A stretch of 55,385 nt of DNA from a virus (taxonomy: Duplodnaviria; Caudoviricetes), in IMG/VR virus record IMGVR_UViG_3300046804_004030, positions 1 through 55,385 of that record; one strand, 5' to 3'. The position numbers and the translations under genes were made by a program. The notes under the pieces are model-generated. The model ran no database searches, was not told the origin of the DNA, and saw only the letters and a program-made list of their open reading frames with translations. Every line of letters starts with the position of its first letter. The first letter of the stretch is position 1. This document shows, in pieces, positions 44,402 through 53,607 of the stretch.

Positions 44402-45066
44402 TTCAGTGTATAGCTGATTTCAGACATTGCTGGCTTAAAGGACTTTCCATGTTTTTCTTTTGCCAGCTTATCTACTGTATCTTTATAGCCAGCAAAGCCA
44501 AGAGACTGCCAGGACTTTTCAGCAGCAAGTTCGCAAAGCTCTGCAATAACTTTCTGATCCCTTGCGTATCTCAGTGCCGTTATGGACCTGGACGTGATTT
44601 CCCACTCCAGAGACGGATGGGCCTTCAGGCGCCTCGCCAGCCACCGCTCCAGCAGCTCTCGATGGGGCTCCAGCCATGGCTCAAGGGCAATGGGCTCAGC
44701 CGGTGCCGATGGCCTGCTGGAGCGCCTCCTGGGGGCCTGCGGGATGAGCTGGTCGGCCAGATCCGGCAGATCGGTGAAGACGTAGAAAGCCTCTCCATTT
44801 TCAGAAAACTTTTTCAAGTAACCAAGTGAAAGCAGTTCCCTGAGAGCTTCGCTAATAACTTTCGCGTCTTCACTTCCATGTGAAGCGATCCAGTTTTTAG
44901 TGAAAGATTTTGTCGAAGAAAGACAAGTCAAAAGCACACCCTTTGCGGTGTAGCTCATTGAAGTGTTAGATAGCAATGAACTCCTGACAACAACAAAATC
45001 AGCAGCACTTGACTTGGCAGAAAACATCGGCTGGCACTGTTTCTTGCCAGAAGCTTCCCGAGGCAT
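44398..45066 (-). CDS. putative replication initiator (HTH) upstream of DnaB
   Basis: MSYTAKGVLL...ISEALRELLSLGYL; lambdoid O-P-like position. Confidence 0.6.
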   Translation of the reverse strand: MPREASGKKQCQPMFSAKSSAADFVVVRSSLLSNTSMSYTAKGVLLTCLSSTKSFTKNWIASHGSEDAKVISEALRELLSLGYLKKFSENGEAFYVFTDLPDLADQLIPQAPRRRSSRPSAPAEPIALEPWLEPHRELLERWLARRLKAHPSLEWEITSRSITALRYARDQKVIAELCELAAEKSWQSLGFAGYKDTVDKLAKEKHGKSFKPAMSEISYTLK

Positions 45067-45096
45067 GTAGTATCGTCCTGTTGGTTGGGCAGGGCC

Positions 45097-45288
45097 TCAG
45101 CGAGTTTCGCTGGGGTCTTTTTCTATTCCGTAGTGCTTGTCAAGAGAAACCTTGACTTGCTTGATGGCACTAAGCCAGCTTGAAAATGCAAGCGAACAGG
45201 CGTGAGAGAAGCTGATACCGCGCTTTTCCGCCTCCGCTGACATTTTTTCGTAAACGTCATCATGTATGTAGATGTTTTTCTTTGCCAT
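45097..45288 (-). CDS. ribbon-helix-helix regulator
   Basis: KKNIYIHDDVYEKMSAEAEKRGISFS. Confidence 0.7.
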   Translation of the reverse strand: MAKKNIYIHDDVYEKMSAEAEKRGISFSHACSLAFSSWLSAIKQVKVSLDKHYGIEKDPSETR

Positions 45289-45315
45289 AGGCTTGCTGAC
45301 AGATCAACTTGAAAG

Positions 45316-45344
45316 AAGGTAGCACCTCTGTCTGGATCCGTCAA
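45316..45344 (-). promoter_or_regulatory. sigma70 promoter for the replication operon
   Basis: TTGACG-N17-TACCTT with TG extension, in a divergent intergenic gap. Confidence 0.6.
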
Positions 45345-45404
45345 CCCCCTTGCCATGGTGCCACAAACCTGTAAAGATGGGCTTGCTCAATACGCTCAAC
45401 CAAC

Positions 45405-45695
45405 ATGGAGCCTATCAAGCCAGTTCCAAAAAAAGTCGAACCACGAAGAATCGTTCCAGGCAAGCCGACAATACAGCCAACCGAATTCAAGGTCGGCGAT
45501 GGCGTTTACGCACGCTATCACGGTGACAGAATCCTACAAATTGTAGGAGTTGCCAAAGTGAACACCCCTGCCCCGCACTACATCTGCGAGCTTGACGGGG
45601 AAAAATACATCATCCCCAAGATGCACCTCTCAACAAGAAGCCTGCTTTCAGAAGTGGAAGGTGGCAACCGCCGTCAACTTCAACTTCCTGTTTAA
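45405..45695 (+). CDS. SH3/KOW-like small protein
   Basis: FKVGDGVY...PHYICE; CAACCAAC leader. Confidence 0.6.
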   Translation: MEPIKPVPKKVEPRRIVPGKPTIQPTEFKVGDGVYARYHGDRILQIVGVAKVNTPAPHYICELDGEKYIIPKMHLSTRSLLSEVEGGNRRQLQLPV

Positions 45696-45696
45696 C

Positions 45697-46062
45697 ATGG
45701 AAAAACTGAAAGAAGCGGCAGAAATCTTTGAAGATATGCTGCCCGCCTCGCTCGGCAAACCAATCATCCTAAGCACAAAAACCGCGCCAATAGTTTTTGC
45801 TGCATTTTACACGCCAGCAATGCACACGATTGAAAGCGGCCAAAAGATTCTGGGATCCGAGTTCAGGCTTTGGCATACAAATGAAACCCTCAGAAGAAAT
45901 GGAACATTGGCTGGAATTGTTGGAGTCTCAAAAGGCGTACCAGCAACAATCGTATGCGCACTTAACGAGCACGGAACGACGGGTGATATGATCAAACCCT
46001 ACGCAAAGCTAATCCTCGCAATGATGGATCACTTTGCTGATGGCAAAACTGAAGTAATCTAA
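45697..46062 (+). CDS. hypothetical protein
   Basis: Start 2 nt after upstream stop. Confidence 0.6.
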   Translation: MEKLKEAAEIFEDMLPASLGKPIILSTKTAPIVFAAFYTPAMHTIESGQKILGSEFRLWHTNETLRRNGTLAGIVGVSKGVPATIVCALNEHGTTGDMIKPYAKLILAMMDHFADGKTEVI

Positions 46063-46081
46063 AAACATCGCAAAACACACA

Positions 46082-46699
46082 ATGCTTAAAAACGACCGCT
46101 GGATCAAGGAACAAGCCGAAAAGGGGATGATCACTCCCTTTGTGAAAACACTCGTGCGCGAGGTTCTGCCATACGACGAAAATCGCGGACTTTATCGAGA
46201 CAACACGGTTGGCGTACTTTCTTACGGCCCGAGTTCTTTTGGGTATGACTGTCGCCTGAGTCCCGATGATTTCAAGATTTTTATGCACGTACCTGGCACT
46301 GTGATGAATCCCAAGAGATTCAATCCGGCCAACCTGCAACAAGCTCAGCTACATAGCGATGACGACGGAGATTTTTTTATTCTCCCGGCTCATACCTATG
46401 GCCTGGGTGTTGCAATTGAAAAACTTAGAGTACCATCAAACATAACAGTTATCTGTCTTGGTAAGTCCACGATGGCCAGGCTAGGTATAATTATCAACAC
46501 AACTCCAGCTGAAGCAGGCTGGGAAGGACATCTAACGCTTGAGTTCAGCAACAGCAGTGGGGCAGACTGCCGCGTTTACGCAAATGAGGGCATCTGCCAA
46601 CTGCTATTTCTTGAAGGGGAGCCATGCGAAACCTCGTATAGCGATAGAAATGGGAAGTATCAACACCAACCCTGCAATGTAGTTACAGCGAGGATCTGA
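46082..46699 (+). CDS. dcd: dCTP deaminase
   Basis: LSYGPSSFGYD, LGKSTMARLGII, TPAEAGWEGHLTLE, YANEGICQ. Confidence 0.95.
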   Translation: MLKNDRWIKEQAEKGMITPFVKTLVREVLPYDENRGLYRDNTVGVLSYGPSSFGYDCRLSPDDFKIFMHVPGTVMNPKRFNPANLQQAQLHSDDDGDFFILPAHTYGLGVAIEKLRVPSNITVICLGKSTMARLGIIINTTPAEAGWEGHLTLEFSNSSGADCRVYANEGICQLLFLEGEPCETSYSDRNGKYQHQPCNVVTARI

Positions 46700-46779
46700 G
46701 CAGGTTAAGGCACCTTGCAGGTTGCGCACGCCGGGGTTGGGCTAGTAGGGTGATCCCCGAACACCGCAGCCCCTTTTTC

Positions 46780-47499
46780 ATGGATCCACGGTTCCGGGTG
46801 GAGACGATCGCGGCAACGCCCGAGCCGAATCGGCTGGTCTGGCGGGCGCTACACACCGACTACTCAGAAGATTTCATCGCTGACCAAGAAGCGCCAGATG
46901 AAGGAAGGGCCGGTGAAATCTTTATCAAGAGACTTCTAAGTGCAGATCGCGGGCACTTTGGATGCGTAGAGCATCCGCAAATCTCATTTGCTGTTGGATG
47001 GTTTCCGCATTCCGTGATGCAACAGGCTCGTACACATCGCGTATCAGTTAGTTTCGATGTAATGTCGGGGCGCTATACGGGACAAAGAATTCTTGACGTA
47101 GTAAGCGGTAAACGGGAACTTGAGGAAGTCTTCTATCTTAGGCCACTAGGCAACTACTCGGACAGACAGGGCAAGAAATATGAGTACACCGAAGATTGGC
47201 GTGCGTTCGATCTGAAGGAGTGCATGAACGCTGCACGCATCTACGCCGATAAGATTGCAGAAGGCTTCGCCGAAGAACATGCAAGGGGTATGGTTCCCTT
47301 TGATTTCAGGCAACACTTTGTCGTCAGCTTCAATGCTCGCTCGCTGTGCCACTTTCTTGATTTGCGTAGCAAGGCTGATGCACAGATCGAGATCCGCTGG
47401 CTTTGTGAGTTGCTCATGCCGAAATTCAAGGAATGGATGCCTGAGCTTGCCGAATGGTACGCCAGCCACAGATATGGAAAAGCGAGGCTGGCACCATGA
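46780..47499 (+). CDS. thyX: flavin-dependent thymidylate synthase
   Basis: GHFGCVEH, QARTHRVSVSFDVMSGRY, EHARG, NARSL.HFLDLR...AQIEIR. Confidence 0.95.
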   Translation: MDPRFRVETIAATPEPNRLVWRALHTDYSEDFIADQEAPDEGRAGEIFIKRLLSADRGHFGCVEHPQISFAVGWFPHSVMQQARTHRVSVSFDVMSGRYTGQRILDVVSGKRELEEVFYLRPLGNYSDRQGKKYEYTEDWRAFDLKECMNAARIYADKIAEGFAEEHARGMVPFDFRQHFVVSFNARSLCHFLDLRSKADAQIEIRWLCELLMPKFKEWMPELAEWYASHRYGKARLAP

Positions 47500-48437
47500 C
47501 ATGCGAAGACTACTTAAGGGATATAGGCCGCGTGCCTTTGCTGACAAGCGAAGAAGAGATTGTCCTTGGCAATAGTGTCCAGACCATGATTCGCCTGCTA
47601 GAGGGCAAGGGTGTCACCCATCAGCTTTCGGCAAGCAATCTTGACGAAGCACTGGAGCAACTCAACGGCCAGGAGAGGCGAATCGTCAGGAATGGGCTGA
47701 GAGCAAGAAACCGCATGGTTTCAGCTAACATGCGTCTTGTAGTTGCCATAGCAAAGAAGTACGTCAATAAACAGGTTCACATGACAATGCAAGATCTGAT
47801 CCAAGAAGGTGCGATCGGTCTTGCAAGAGCTGCTGAAAAGTTTGACCCAGCGCGAGGATACAAGTTTTCCACCTACGCCTATCTGTGGATCAAGCAGGGG
47901 ATGACGAGGGGATGCGAAGCCCAGGAGGGAATGATCAAGCTCCCGGCGCATCTCCAGCGACTAATCAGGAAGGCTGCTGAGGTGCGGATTCGCCTGGCTG
48001 CAAAGCTTGGCAGAGAGCCAAGCTTCAAAGAACTGTCGGATGAGATGGGTGAAGCTGATCACGACAAGCTGAGAAGCATCATCTCAATGCACATGCTGAT
48101 GTCACCGGCAATTATTTCGATTGACATCAAGGCAGAAGGAAATGATAGGTCATTCCTGTCGCTGTCTGATATTTTGAATACAGATGACGAAAGTGAAATT
48201 AGAGAGTCAGAAGAAGACGCATCAAAGCTAAACTTTGTAATGCTTGCAATTCAGGCTCTTGATCCAGTTGACAGAGAGCTAATTACGAGAAAGTACGGGA
48301 TTGGCTGCGAACCAGTTTCTATCAAAGAACTTGCAAGAATGACAGAGCTTGCGCCGCAGGTGATACGAGAGCGACAGCAGCTGGCAGCAGCAAAGATTCG
48401 ATATGTGGTTACGAGCTTTGTAGCGCCAGCTATTTGA
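47496..48437 (+). CDS. RpoD/RpoS-family sigma70 factor
   Basis: YLRDIGRVPLLTSEEE, ANMRLVVAIAKKY, DLIQEGAIGLARAAEKFDPARGYKFSTYAYLWIKQ; region 4 HTH. Confidence 0.95.
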   Translation: MTCEDYLRDIGRVPLLTSEEEIVLGNSVQTMIRLLEGKGVTHQLSASNLDEALEQLNGQERRIVRNGLRARNRMVSANMRLVVAIAKKYVNKQVHMTMQDLIQEGAIGLARAAEKFDPARGYKFSTYAYLWIKQGMTRGCEAQEGMIKLPAHLQRLIRKAAEVRIRLAAKLGREPSFKELSDEMGEADHDKLRSIISMHMLMSPAIISIDIKAEGNDRSFLSLSDILNTDDESEIRESEEDASKLNFVMLAIQALDPVDRELITRKYGIGCEPVSIKELARMTELAPQVIRERQQLAAAKIRYVVTSFVAPAI

Positions 48438-48831
48438 AAGATTGCCTCCGACCAGCTTCGGAGGACTTTTTGCCAGGGCCGGCTATCAGGAAGAAACTGG
48501 CTGGATCCTGAACCTGGCAGCGAACCGCCCCGAACATTTCCAGAACGGTAACAAATTCAAGATAGCACAAAGCCCAACAGCCACCGGAGGGGAACTGCTG
48601 GGCTTTGGCAGGGCTTCGTGCTGACCGCTCCTGTGGTGACGCCCGGTGGCGCCGGAGCATGGGGCCGGCAGATGCTGGAGCCAAGGTAGCCCATCCAGCC
48701 CAGAAGGAGGTACGATGGCCTGCAACGCCTCAAAAAGAAGGGGGCTCCCGGCGAACCGAGAACCCCCTTCAAAAACCAGAACCGCTGAGTTTTGCCGACG
48801 CTGCGGGATCTGGGTTGTCAGAACAGGTCCA

Positions 48832-50250
48832 ATGTTACCCGCTCCACCGCCCAAACCGCAATCCCCCTTCGAGCAATGGCTCAGGGCTGCCCACAGCAGC
48901 GAGTGGCTTGAGGTCATCGAGCGGCACGAGAGCACCGGCTGGTCCTCGATCAGGAAGCCGTTCACGATCGACGGGCTGGTCAAGCACTTCTTCAACCCAG
49001 ACTTTGTAAGTGGTCTGAGGCAGGAAAAGCTTGTGCGTTACGGCGTTGCAGATATTGACTGCAAGCCGGACTCTGCAAGTATCTACTGGAACAAGTTTGC
49101 AAAGAGTCCTGAACTGATCGAGCTGGAGCGCAGAGCCGAGCAGATCGGCTGCCGGGTGTCGCTCCTCAGAAGCAGCCATTCAGGCGGCCTGCACGTCTTC
49201 GTGAGCTTCCCCGAGGCGATCCATGCCTGGCTGGCCCACTGGCTCATGCTGTGGCTCCTGGAGGCCTCTGGGATGACCGTGAAGGCGGGTCAGGCCGAGG
49301 TGTTCCCCAGCCGGATCGACTACCGCTCTGACGGGCAGCGAGCCCGCAGCAATGGCTTCCGTCTGCCGGGTCAGGAGGGCAGCGCCCTGATCGTGGCCGA
49401 GTCCTTCTACGAGGGGGCGGACACGATCTACGGACAGCTGCTTGATGACCTTGAAAATACCGAAAATTGCGGGAAGTGGAAAAGGGCGCTCAGTAAGTGC
49501 AAAGAGTTCAGGTACTTCAGGTTAAAAGCCGAAAGAGACTTCGACAGAACAGGTGTAAGGCCTGAAACTGACATCGAATGGAAAGAGGGCGGAAACAGCA
49601 ACGAGATACTGCGCAGGATTACAACAATTGTTCGGATGGCCAATCGCAATATTAAGTGCGCAATCCAGCTTGGCAGAATCATTCGCGATGTTGCGATGAG
49701 CGCACCAGGCTTCAATCAGTTTGCATCTGAAGAAACCAAAAAAGACTTGATGCGCGAGCGTGGTAGCTGGGGTGAAAGGTGGGCCAAGTCATCACTTAGT
49801 AAGCAGTTCTGTGGAATGCTTGCATCTTGTGAGCGTGATAGCGGCAGAAACGAGCGACTTTACAGAGAAAGCGAAGACAAGCTCAAAGAACTTTCAGAAA
49901 AGCATCCAGAGTCATCTACATGGAGCAAGAGGAAGGTGGCCAGGGAGAGCGGCCTTGCCAGAGGAACGGTTGACAAGCACTGGGAATACTGGCTTTCCCT
50001 ACCGGTCCACACCCCCTCTAATAACGGTGGGGGTCAGTTAAATACAGATAAGAATTTATCCTTAGAGAGAAATTTGGCTCCTGAGGGGGAAAAAGCTGGA
50101 GTCATCAACGAGATTGTAGACCAGTTTTGGAGTATTTTCACGGAACAAGACCTCAATGAATTTGATTGCATGATAAAAAGTCAACGACTTCATGAAGAAA
50201 GGAAGCGAAGTAGGCGTAAGCAAAGTTGGCCAGTAAATTTTTGCACGTAA
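48832..50250 (+). CDS. archaeo-eukaryotic primase (AEP)-like replication protein with C-terminal HTH; ORF open from 48646
   Basis: VADIDCK (DxD), RSSHSGGLHVF, EVFP, FRLP; SKRKVARESGLARGTV. Confidence 0.75.
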   Translation: MLPAPPPKPQSPFEQWLRAAHSSEWLEVIERHESTGWSSIRKPFTIDGLVKHFFNPDFVSGLRQEKLVRYGVADIDCKPDSASIYWNKFAKSPELIELERRAEQIGCRVSLLRSSHSGGLHVFVSFPEAIHAWLAHWLMLWLLEASGMTVKAGQAEVFPSRIDYRSDGQRARSNGFRLPGQEGSALIVAESFYEGADTIYGQLLDDLENTENCGKWKRALSKCKEFRYFRLKAERDFDRTGVRPETDIEWKEGGNSNEILRRITTIVRMANRNIKCAIQLGRIIRDVAMSAPGFNQFASEETKKDLMRERGSWGERWAKSSLSKQFCGMLASCERDSGRNERLYRESEDKLKELSEKHPESSTWSKRKVARESGLARGTVDKHWEYWLSLPVHTPSNNGGGQLNTDKNLSLERNLAPEGEKAGVINEIVDQFWSIFTEQDLNEFDCMIKSQRLHEERKRSRRKQSWPVNFCT

Positions 50251-50300
50251 CCGTGTGAGAATTTACGCTTAACAGCGTGTAATCAATTTGAACAACAACC

Positions 50301-50777
50301 ATGAAAATGCAACGACAACTAAAGCATGAAGATCCAGCTGCTTATCAGCCACTTGCGATTGCGATCAAACAATCAAAATGCTTGCCGCCGCATGTAAGTG
50401 GACTTGAGGTTTACAACGCATTTAGGTTTGCATTTGGCTATGAACCAGAGCGCAATAAAGAAGATCGCTGTATTTACACGCAAACGCAGCTTGAAATTGT
50501 TGCAGAAACCTGTTCAATTGAAAAAATTTATTTGTCGGAGCTAGAGCAGTGGCGAAAACTTCTTCCTTTGGCTGGTTGTCAATCTCGCAGAGCTGCAATG
50601 CACAAGCTTTCAAAAATCGGTAGTGATGGATGGCTGCTTCGTTGCAGCTACAAGCGCGGCAAGCTCTGGCTTTGCAAGGAAGACGCTGAGCAGCTTTGTT
50701 ACGTGAAGCGGGGTGGGTATGGATCAGTTCCGATCCGGTGGTCACTGCCAACGGTGCTCGGTCCTGTAGCCTCTTGA
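50301..50777 (+). CDS. hypothetical protein
   Basis: ACAACAACC leader; 158 aa. Confidence 0.6.
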   Translation: MKMQRQLKHEDPAAYQPLAIAIKQSKCLPPHVSGLEVYNAFRFAFGYEPERNKEDRCIYTQTQLEIVAETCSIEKIYLSELEQWRKLLPLAGCQSRRAAMHKLSKIGSDGWLLRCSYKRGKLWLCKEDAEQLCYVKRGGYGSVPIRWSLPTVLGPVAS

Positions 50778-50982
50778 AGGCGCTTCAAGCGCTCCGCATG
50801 GCCTGGGACAGCCCCCACAGCACCCAGGCCCCCTGCCGGGGCTCCTGCAGGCCGCTCAGACAGCACAAAGCCCCCGGCGGGAACCGGAGGCCTTGGCGGG
50901 TGCGTCCAACTGGCGGATCGTGCTGCAGTTCACCGCGAGTTGAGTGCAAGGATAGCTTACATGCAAATGTCCCGCCTGTCAA

Positions 50983-51270
50983 TCAGGTATCAAGCTGGAG
51001 TCCACCAAAGGCCAGACGACGCAGAATCTTCTCCTCCACCGGATCTCGCCATTCACCTTGCGGCAGGTTCCTCACTTGATCGGTGCGTTCACTCCTGATT
51101 GCTGCCGTTCCATCTGCAAGGAACTCCAGTAGCAGAAACCCGTCATGCCAGGTTCCCCTGCCATCTCGTACCTGGACTGGTACTGGATCAATCAGTGAAT
51201 CGACCACGTTCGTCGCGTCTGCGCCTAGGACGATTAGCACGGGTTGGCGGCGTGCGACGACGCACTTCAT
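50983..51270 (-). CDS. hypothetical protein (start probably internal)
   Basis: PVQVRDGRGTWHDGF...EWRDP. Confidence 0.45.
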   Translation of the reverse strand: MKCVVARRQPVLIVLGADATNVVDSLIDPVPVQVRDGRGTWHDGFLLLEFLADGTAAIRSERTDQVRNLPQGEWRDPVEEKILRRLAFGGLQLDT

Positions 51271-51424
51271 ACGGAAACAACTCCTGAGCCATGTGAAGCA
51301 GGAGCTGCAGCACGTAATTCTCCCTGAGAGGGCTCATCGCAATTCCTTCAGAAGCGAAAAACAGAGCCCATCCAGCCAACTCAAGTGCCTGAGTCGCATT
51401 TTCCGGTGTTATGTCAATGCTCAT
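51188..51424 (-). CDS. small hypothetical protein
   Basis: WALFFASEGIAMSPLRENYVLQLLL; ATGA overlap. Confidence 0.6.
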   Translation of the reverse strand: MSIDITPENATQALELAGWALFFASEGIAMSPLRENYVLQLLLHMAQELFPYEVRRRTPPTRANRPRRRRDERGRFTD

Positions 51425-51807
51425 TGTTGCTCCTGGGTAGTGTCGTTTCTTTCTTGAAGTCTTTCAGCGTTGAAGCCAACGCCAACCAAGGAAAGGATAG
51501 CTACCAGTAGTGCCCCCCAGGAGACAATTTGACTAACCGACCACTTTGCAGTCTCTGTTCCACCCTTTCTGTTGGCGTCGGAGACGATCAAGCTGTCAAC
51601 TTTATCAGACAATCCTTTGATATGATCTGCTGTTACCATATTTCTTTCAAGCTCAACCTGGCGCTTTTCAAGTGATTCAACTCGCGTCATGAACGCAGTT
51701 GTACTCGCTTGATTTTGTGAAATAATATTTTGCAGGCCTGTAATCAGGCCCTCTAGTCTACCAAGTCTGTCAACGATGGCAAGCATCGGACTGTCAGAAT
51801 CATTCAT
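51421..51807 (-). CDS. coiled-coil membrane protein, holin/XhlA-like
   Basis: Coiled coil plus C-terminal TM helix IVSWGALLVAILSLVGVGF, after tail genes. Confidence 0.55.
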   Translation of the reverse strand: MNDSDSPMLAIVDRLGRLEGLITGLQNIISQNQASTTAFMTRVESLEKRQVELERNMVTADHIKGLSDKVDSLIVSDANRKGGTETAKWSVSQIVSWGALLVAILSLVGVGFNAERLQERNDTTQEQQ

Positions 51808-51904
51808 GGCAGTCAGCGACGCCTCTCTTGACGCACCCTAGCTTGACTCTGCAGCACTTTACTTTTCTTTGCAGCAGGCTGCTTCTTCTTCGTCGCTTTC
51901 TGCC

Positions 51905-52345
51905 TTATGGCTTTTCCGGCCAAGTGACCTGCCAAGGAAATCCCTGCTGACTTGGTACGTCCCTAAGTTCTTGGCGATATTCAGCCCAAGCTTCTTTATC
52001 TGCTGTTGAGTCGACAAGTTGGGTCCAGTCTGTTTGCGCCAAAAGACCATTGCGATGTGCTCTGACTTCAGAGGCCTTGCGTTCCGTTCTGTCTGCAATC
52101 TCTTCTTCAGTTGCCGGCTCAATAGCCCACTGCTGAGTTAAAACGTTGTCAATCCAGTCAGGCCAAGCCTCGGACAGGTTTTCATTGTAATTGACAGATG
52201 GTCGCGGAACCTGAACAACAAGCTCGTAGCCATCCGGTGCCTCAAATGGAATCGAGAAACTTGTGTTTGGAAAGCGCTGAATAATGTCACCGGCATACAC
52301 CGGGTATTCAGCCACTGCTCCGTTTTCAACCTTTGCGTATGTCAT
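51905..52345 (-). CDS. tail fibre assembly chaperone
   Basis: RAHRNGLLAQTDWTQ...WAEYRQELRDVP.Q.GFPW.V.WP. Confidence 0.85.
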   Translation of the reverse strand: MTYAKVENGAVAEYPVYAGDIIQRFPNTSFSIPFEAPDGYELVVQVPRPSVNYNENLSEAWPDWIDNVLTQQWAIEPATEEEIADRTERKASEVRAHRNGLLAQTDWTQLVDSTADKEAWAEYRQELRDVPSQQGFPWQVTWPEKP

Positions 52346-53607
52346 GCGATGATTACTGCGTTTTGCGAAAGTGTCCCAGCTGTTTCTGACAGTGTTGGCG
52401 TTCCCGCTGTAAGGCTGGACGTTGACGAAGTGAGTGCAAGTGAGAAGCTTGCGAGGCTTGTAGCAGAATTTATCGCCGTTCCAGCTTCATAAGTATAGCT
52501 GCCAAACGATCCAGTCCCGGCCCCATTTGCGCGCAGTTTACAGGTAAATATTTTATTGATTGAGGGGAATGTGCCAATAACACATATTTCATCGGCTTGG
52601 CCAACGGAAATGTCGGAGGCTGTAATGGTGGCACCAGTGTAAGCAAGAAATCTTTGCCACTGGAGAACTCCAGAGCTGTCATATTTTGCGATGACTATTT
52701 TGCCGTCAAAAGATCCGACCACCACTGGTGCGTTACCGCTTGAAATTGCTATCGAGGATCCCGAGTTATTTGTCGCTCCACCGCTCAATGCACGCTGCCA
52801 CTGAAGAGTTCCCAGGGAGTCATACTTTGCAATCAAAATATCCGTAAATCCAGCCCTGACGGAATCTGTTGAGCCAATGATGTAGACACCAGATGCGGCA
52901 TCAACGGCAACATTGTTTATGGTCCCGTTGCTGTTGGAAGTTCCTATCTTCCTTTGCCACTGGAGAGTGCCAGATGTGTCGTATTTTGCAAGAAAGCTAT
53001 CGAGAGGACCTGTCCCGCTGACCCCGGAAATGTAGACATTGGCCAACGAATCAACGGCAAGGCCAGAGTACCCCCTTGCGTTAGTAATGGTTCTCTGCCA
53101 AACTATTGATCCAGCTGAGTCGAACTTTGAAATATACGCCCTCTGCGGGGAGGCATTTATGTACCCAGAAAGGTAAATGTTGGAGGAGCTATCAATTCCT
53201 ATGGCAGCAGCTACGTCTATCAGTGATGGAAGATTCAGGAATCTTTGATATTGGAGAACTCCAGAGCTGTCATATTTTGCAAATGTTGAGACAAAGGTTG
53301 CGCCATCAATCGTTCCATAGTTGTAGCCAGAGATATATGAATTCCCCAAAGAGTCAATAGCAATTTTTGTGACATCATTTTGAGACGGTGAACCAAAAAC
53401 TCTTTGCCAGACCTGGTATCCGTTAGTGTTAAGCTTAAACGTGTATTGATACAGCGAATTGACAAAGCAGCCATACACATCGCCATTGCTGGCAATTTTC
53501 ACGCTTTTTCCCTCTGTGTTGCCTGTTCCAGTGATTTCAGAGATCCAGTAGCCAGTGGGCGCCTGGCCGCCGCTCATAAAAATCAGCTCACGTGTCAGTC
53601 GGTCCAT
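52342..53607 (-). CDS. beta-propeller (SBBP-like repeat) virion-associated protein
   Basis: Repeated IAVDS.GN.YI.G...AKYDSSG.LQWQR blades. Confidence 0.8.
   Translation of the reverse strand: MDRLTRELIFMSGGQAPTGYWISEITGTGNTEGKSVKIASNGDVYGCFVNSLYQYTFKLNTNGYQVWQRVFGSPSQNDVTKIAIDSLGNSYISGYNYGTIDGATFVSTFAKYDSSGVLQYQRFLNLPSLIDVAAAIGIDSSSNIYLSGYINASPQRAYISKFDSAGSIVWQRTITNARGYSGLAVDSLANVYISGVSGTGPLDSFLAKYDTSGTLQWQRKIGTSNSNGTINNVAVDAASGVYIIGSTDSVRAGFTDILIAKYDSLGTLQWQRALSGGATNNSGSSIAISSGNAPVVVGSFDGKIVIAKYDSSGVLQWQRFLAYTGATITASDISVGQADEICVIGTFPSINKIFTCKLRANGAGTGSFGSYTYEAGTAINSATSLASFSLALTSSTSSLTAGTPTLSETAGTLSQNAVIIA

Noticed and set aside
52661-53280. Identical 29-bp repeat (52661-52689 and 53252-53280) as a DGR template/variable pair
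   Set aside because: Both copies are in-frame propeller blades with no adenine-specific differences, and no reverse transcriptase is in the window
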